Assembly (NCBI GenBank): GCA_963805625.1
Contig: CAWDVE010000010.1
Span: 1,472,001-1,536,000 of the forward strand
Length of the DNA: 64,000 nt
Direction: 5' to 3'
DNA from: an uncultured Candidatus Rokubacteria bacterium
GTDB taxonomy: Bacteria > Methylomirabilota > Methylomirabilia > Rokubacteriales > DASRDR01
The notes beneath the pieces were generated by a model. It ran no database searches. It was not told where the DNA came from and saw only the letters and a program-made list of their open reading frames with translations. Below are positions 60,254 to 64,000 of the stretch, one piece after another (positions within the stretch are counted from its first letter, which is position 1; the number at the start of each line of letters is the position of its first letter). The position numbers and the translations under genes were made by a program.

Positions 60254-61248
60254 CACCCGCCGCGCCGCCCCGCCTGTCGGCCGAGACCTCCGCCTCGGGA
60301 GATTCGCGGGCCCCGAGACGGGCGCGGGCCCTGCGCGTCTGGGGCTTCGCCGTCCTCCTGCTCGCCGTCCTCGCGTTCCCGGCCGCATTCGGCCGGTACC
60401 CGGTGAAGCTGCTCCAGGAGATCCTGATCTGGGGGCTCTACGCGATGAGCCTCGACATCCTGATGGGCTACGCGGGGATGGTGTCCTTCGGACACTCCGC
60501 CTTCTTCGGCGTCGGCGGCTACGTGGCCGCCCTGGCCCTCACGGCATATCCCGGCCCGGTCGGCGCGCTCCTGCTGCCGGCGCTGGCCGGCGCCGTCGCC
60601 GCGCTCGTCATCGGCTTCTTCTCGACCCGGGTCAGCGGCGTGTACTTCATCATGCTCACGCTCGCGTTCTCCCAGATGCTCTACGCCTACGCGTTCCAGG
60701 CGTCGTGGCTCGGCGCCGAGGACGGGATCACGGGCGTCTCCCGGCCGGCGCTCCTCGGCGTGTCGACCGGGGAGGGCTTCGCGTTCCACGTCTACGTGGT
60801 AGCGATCGCCGCCGGCGCCATGCTCTTCCTCTGGCGCGTGGTGCGCTCGCCGTTCGGCCACGTGCTGATCGGCGTCCGCGAGAACGAGGGGCGGATGGAG
60901 GCGGTCGGCTACCCGGTCCGCCGCTACAAGCTCCTCGCCTTCGTCCTGGGCGGCACCCTGGCGGGCCTGTCGGGCTCGCTCTACGCCCAGTTCAGCGGGT
61001 CGATCACGCCCGACGCCTTGTTCTGGAAGACGTCCGGCGAGGCCTTGCTGATGGTGATCCTAGGGGGCACCGGCACGCTCGGGGGGGCGGTGCTCGGCGC
61101 CGCCGCGTTCATCCTCCTCCAGAGCCTCGTCTCGACCTACACGGAGCGCTGGATGCTCATCCTCGGCGTCACCTTCGTCCTCTTCGTCCTCTTCGCGCCG
61201 GGCGGGATCGTCGGCGCGCTCCGCGGCCGCATCGGGCTCCGCGCGTGA
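60250..61248 (+). CDS. livM: LivM-like ABC permease
   Basis: LMGYAGMVSFGHSAFFG, GVYFIMLTLAF, SPFGHVL..RENE. Confidence 0.9.
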   Translation: MTPAAPPRLSAETSASGDSRAPRRARALRVWGFAVLLLAVLAFPAAFGRYPVKLLQEILIWGLYAMSLDILMGYAGMVSFGHSAFFGVGGYVAALALTAYPGPVGALLLPALAGAVAALVIGFFSTRVSGVYFIMLTLAFSQMLYAYAFQASWLGAEDGITGVSRPALLGVSTGEGFAFHVYVVAIAAGAMLFLWRVVRSPFGHVLIGVRENEGRMEAVGYPVRRYKLLAFVLGGTLAGLSGSLYAQFSGSITPDALFWKTSGEALLMVILGGTGTLGGAVLGAAAFILLQSLVSTYTERWMLILGVTFVLFVLFAPGGIVGALRGRIGLRA

Positions 61249-61994
61249 CGGCCGCGCCCGCTCTCGCGCTGGAGGGGCTCCGCCGGAGCTTCGGCGCGCT
61301 GACGGCCGTCAACGGCGTGACCCTGTCGGTGGCGCCGCGCGAGCGACGGGCCATCATCGGGCCCAACGGCGCCGGCAAGACGACGCTGTTCAACCTGATC
61401 ACGGGCCACCTCGCGCCCACCGCCGGGCGCATCCTCTTCGAGGGCGCCCCGATTGCGGGCCTCCCGCCGCACGCGGTGGCGCGCCGCGGCATCTCGCGCT
61501 CGTTCCAGCGCACGAACGTCTTCTCGCGGCTGCCGGTGCGGGAGAACCTCCGGCTCGCCGCCGCCGCCCGGGGCCACGGCAGCTACCGCATGCTCGGCTC
61601 GGTGGACCGCCTCTGGGTGCCAATCGAGCGGGCGCGGGGCGCCGCCGAGGCCGTGGGGCTCACCGAGCGGCTCGACGCGCCGGCCGGTTCCCTCTCGTAC
61701 GGGGAGCAGCGCCAGCTGGAGATCGGGATCGCGCTCGCCACCGACCCGAAGCTCCTCCTCCTCGATGAGCCCACCGCCGGGATGTCGCCCGAGGAGACGC
61801 ACCGCATGACCGAGCTCCTTGCCGGGCTGCCGCGCGCCATCACCCTCCTGATCATCGAACACGACATGGACGTGGTGTTCACGCTCGCCGATCGCATCAC
61901 CGTGCTCCACTACGGGGAGGTGCTGGCCGAGGGCACGGCCACCGAGGTTCGCGCGGACCCACGCGTCTACGAGGTCTACCTCGGTGGACAGTGA
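61245..61994 (+). CDS. livG: LivG-like ABC ATP-binding protein
   Basis: GPNGAGKTT, LSYGEQRQLE, LDEPTAG, IEHDM, EVYLG. Confidence 0.9.
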   Translation: MTAAPALALEGLRRSFGALTAVNGVTLSVAPRERRAIIGPNGAGKTTLFNLITGHLAPTAGRILFEGAPIAGLPPHAVARRGISRSFQRTNVFSRLPVRENLRLAAAARGHGSYRMLGSVDRLWVPIERARGAAEAVGLTERLDAPAGSLSYGEQRQLEIGIALATDPKLLLLDEPTAGMSPEETHRMTELLAGLPRAITLLIIEHDMDVVFTLADRITVLHYGEVLAEGTATEVRADPRVYEVYLGGQ

Positions 61995-62100
61995 CGGCGG
62001 TCCGGCTTTGACTTCTGGACGCCTGCCCCGGTTATCGAGGGCTCGACGCCCGAACCTGGACGGCTTGAGACCGGACACCCGGAACGGCAAGGCCCGACCC
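61995..62100. repeat. Degenerate second copy of the 50315-50390 inverted-repeat element
   Basis: Starts CGGCGGTCCGGCTTTGACTTCT (compare CGGGGTCAGACTTTGACTTCT) and ends GCAAGGCCCGACCC (compare TCAAAGTCTGACCC). Confidence 0.5.
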
Positions 62101-62102
62101 TG

Positions 62103-62773
<671 letters not shown>

Positions 62774-62792
<19 letters not shown>

Positions 62793-63133
62793 CGGACGGT
62801 CAGGAAATACGCGGCGAGGCCGAGCCACAGGAGGTTCAGCGGATAGAAGAGGTGCAGGTTGGAGATGACCGGGAACCTCGGGTGGGTCCCGCCGCCCAGC
62901 AGGCAGGATCCGGTGCCGATCGTCGGGTCCCAGAGCAAGACCACTCCCCGCTGCAGCCAGTGATAGAAGTGCGGCTCGATGCTGAGCGCGAAATCCCCGG
63001 TCCGGTACTCGCGACCCCAGGGGCGCAGGAGGTTCCAGCACTTGACGACCACCAGCGCGGCGACGACGAGAATGGCGCCGACGTCCGGCAGTTAGGGCCA
63101 TCGTGAAGGCCGGTGCCCACTCTGCTCGCTCAC
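62774..63133 (-). pseudogene. 5' remnant of a YfhO-like (GT-C) membrane protein with an internal stop
   Basis: MSEQSGHRPSRWP*LPDVGAILVV..LWDPTIGTG..LFYPLNLL; in-frame TAA at 63092-63094; truncated against livF. Confidence 0.5.
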
Positions 63134-63278
63134 GGGCCCCCCAGTGTAGTGCTGGACCGCAAGATCTGGTCCCCCTTCGGTCCGCGCGCCCGACCCGAGA
63201 CCCCGTGCTCGAGGTGCCTCGCCCCCTCCGCCTAGCACGGGCTGGACACGCCGCGGAAGTTCCGGTAACAGAGAGACC

Positions 63279-64000
63279 GTGGCCTTCCGGGTCGGCTTCG
63301 ACGTCGGCGGGACCTTCACCGACTTCGCGCTCCAGGCCGACGACGGGCGTCTCCTCACCGGCAAGCGGCTCACGACGCCAAACGACCCGGCCCGGGCGTG
63401 CGTGGAGGGACTCCGCGAGTTGGTCGCCCGCGCGGGGCTCGGCTGGGCCGACCTCGTCCAGGCCGTACACGGGACCACGCTCGGCTCGAACGTCGTCATC
63501 GAGCGGAAGGGCGGGCACGTCGCCCTCCTGACGACCCGGGGCTTCCGCGACGTCCTGATCATCGGCCGGGAGAAGCGCTACCAGCTCTACGACCTCCTCA
63601 TCCAGAAGCCCGCCCCGCTGGTCCCCCGCTCGCGGATCCGGGAGGTCACCGAGCGGGTGGCTTTCGACGGCGAAGTGCTCGTGCCGCTCGACGAGACCGG
63701 CTTGCGGGAGACCGTCCGGGGTCTCCGCCGGGACGGGGTCGGGTCGATCGCCATCTGCTTCCTGCACTCCTACGTCAACCCGGCGCACGAGCGGCGCGCC
63801 GCCGAGATCGTCCGCGAGGAAGCGCCCGGGGTTGCGATCAGCCTGTCGTCGGAGATCTCGCCCGTCATCCGCGAGTACGAGCGGACCTCGACGACCGTCG
63901 TCAACGCGTACGTGATGACTGCGATGCGCGACTACCTCGGGCGCCTCGAGGAGGCGCTCCGGGCGCTCGACTACCCCGGGCGGCTCTTCGTCATGCAGTC
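63279..64000 (+). CDS. Hydantoinase/oxoprolinase family subunit A (N-terminal part, runs off the window)
   Basis: GFDVGGTFTD, HGTTLGSNVVIERKG, TTRGFRD, LHSYVNPAHE, REYERTSTT. Confidence 0.92.
   Translation, partial: MAFRVGFDVGGTFTDFALQADDGRLLTGKRLTTPNDPARACVEGLRELVARAGLGWADLVQAVHGTTLGSNVVIERKGGHVALLTTRGFRDVLIIGREKRYQLYDLLIQKPAPLVPRSRIREVTERVAFDGEVLVPLDETGLRETVRGLRRDGVGSIAICFLHSYVNPAHERRAAEIVREEAPGVAISLSSEISPVIREYERTSTTVVNAYVMTAMRDYLGRLEEALRALDYPGRLFVMQ

Overview
Very GC-rich bacterial chromosomal DNA. The gene style, with many Liv-type ABC systems and CoA-dependent catabolic enzymes, resembles Candidatus Rokubacteria/Methylomirabilota, but this is inference only. Main contents: (1) three Liv-type ABC transporters; (2) a long minus-strand catabolic cluster (GntR, family-5 binding protein, XDH-family Mo enzyme, class III CoA-transferase, two methyltransferases, split B12 acyl-CoA mutase with an unusual pocket, DUF35, thiolase, MaoC, acyl-CoA dehydrogenase); (3) trpB2 directly downstream of a SerK-like free-serine-kinase homologue, the best candidate for an undescribed system (indole salvage via O-phosphoserine); (4) an ArsS-type radical SAM cluster; (5) an S9 peptidase, a sulfinopropionyl-CoA desulfinase-like gene and a GT-C glycosyltransferase; (6) a decaying 2-aminobenzoyl-CoA (abm-like) cluster; (7) the start of a hydantoinase/oxoprolinase gene. 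Several genes are 'collapsed': both ends are kept and the middle is deleted. Two copies of a short inverted-repeat element are present. I saw no rRNA, tRNA, CRISPR array or transposase. All calls come from motif recognition without database searches.
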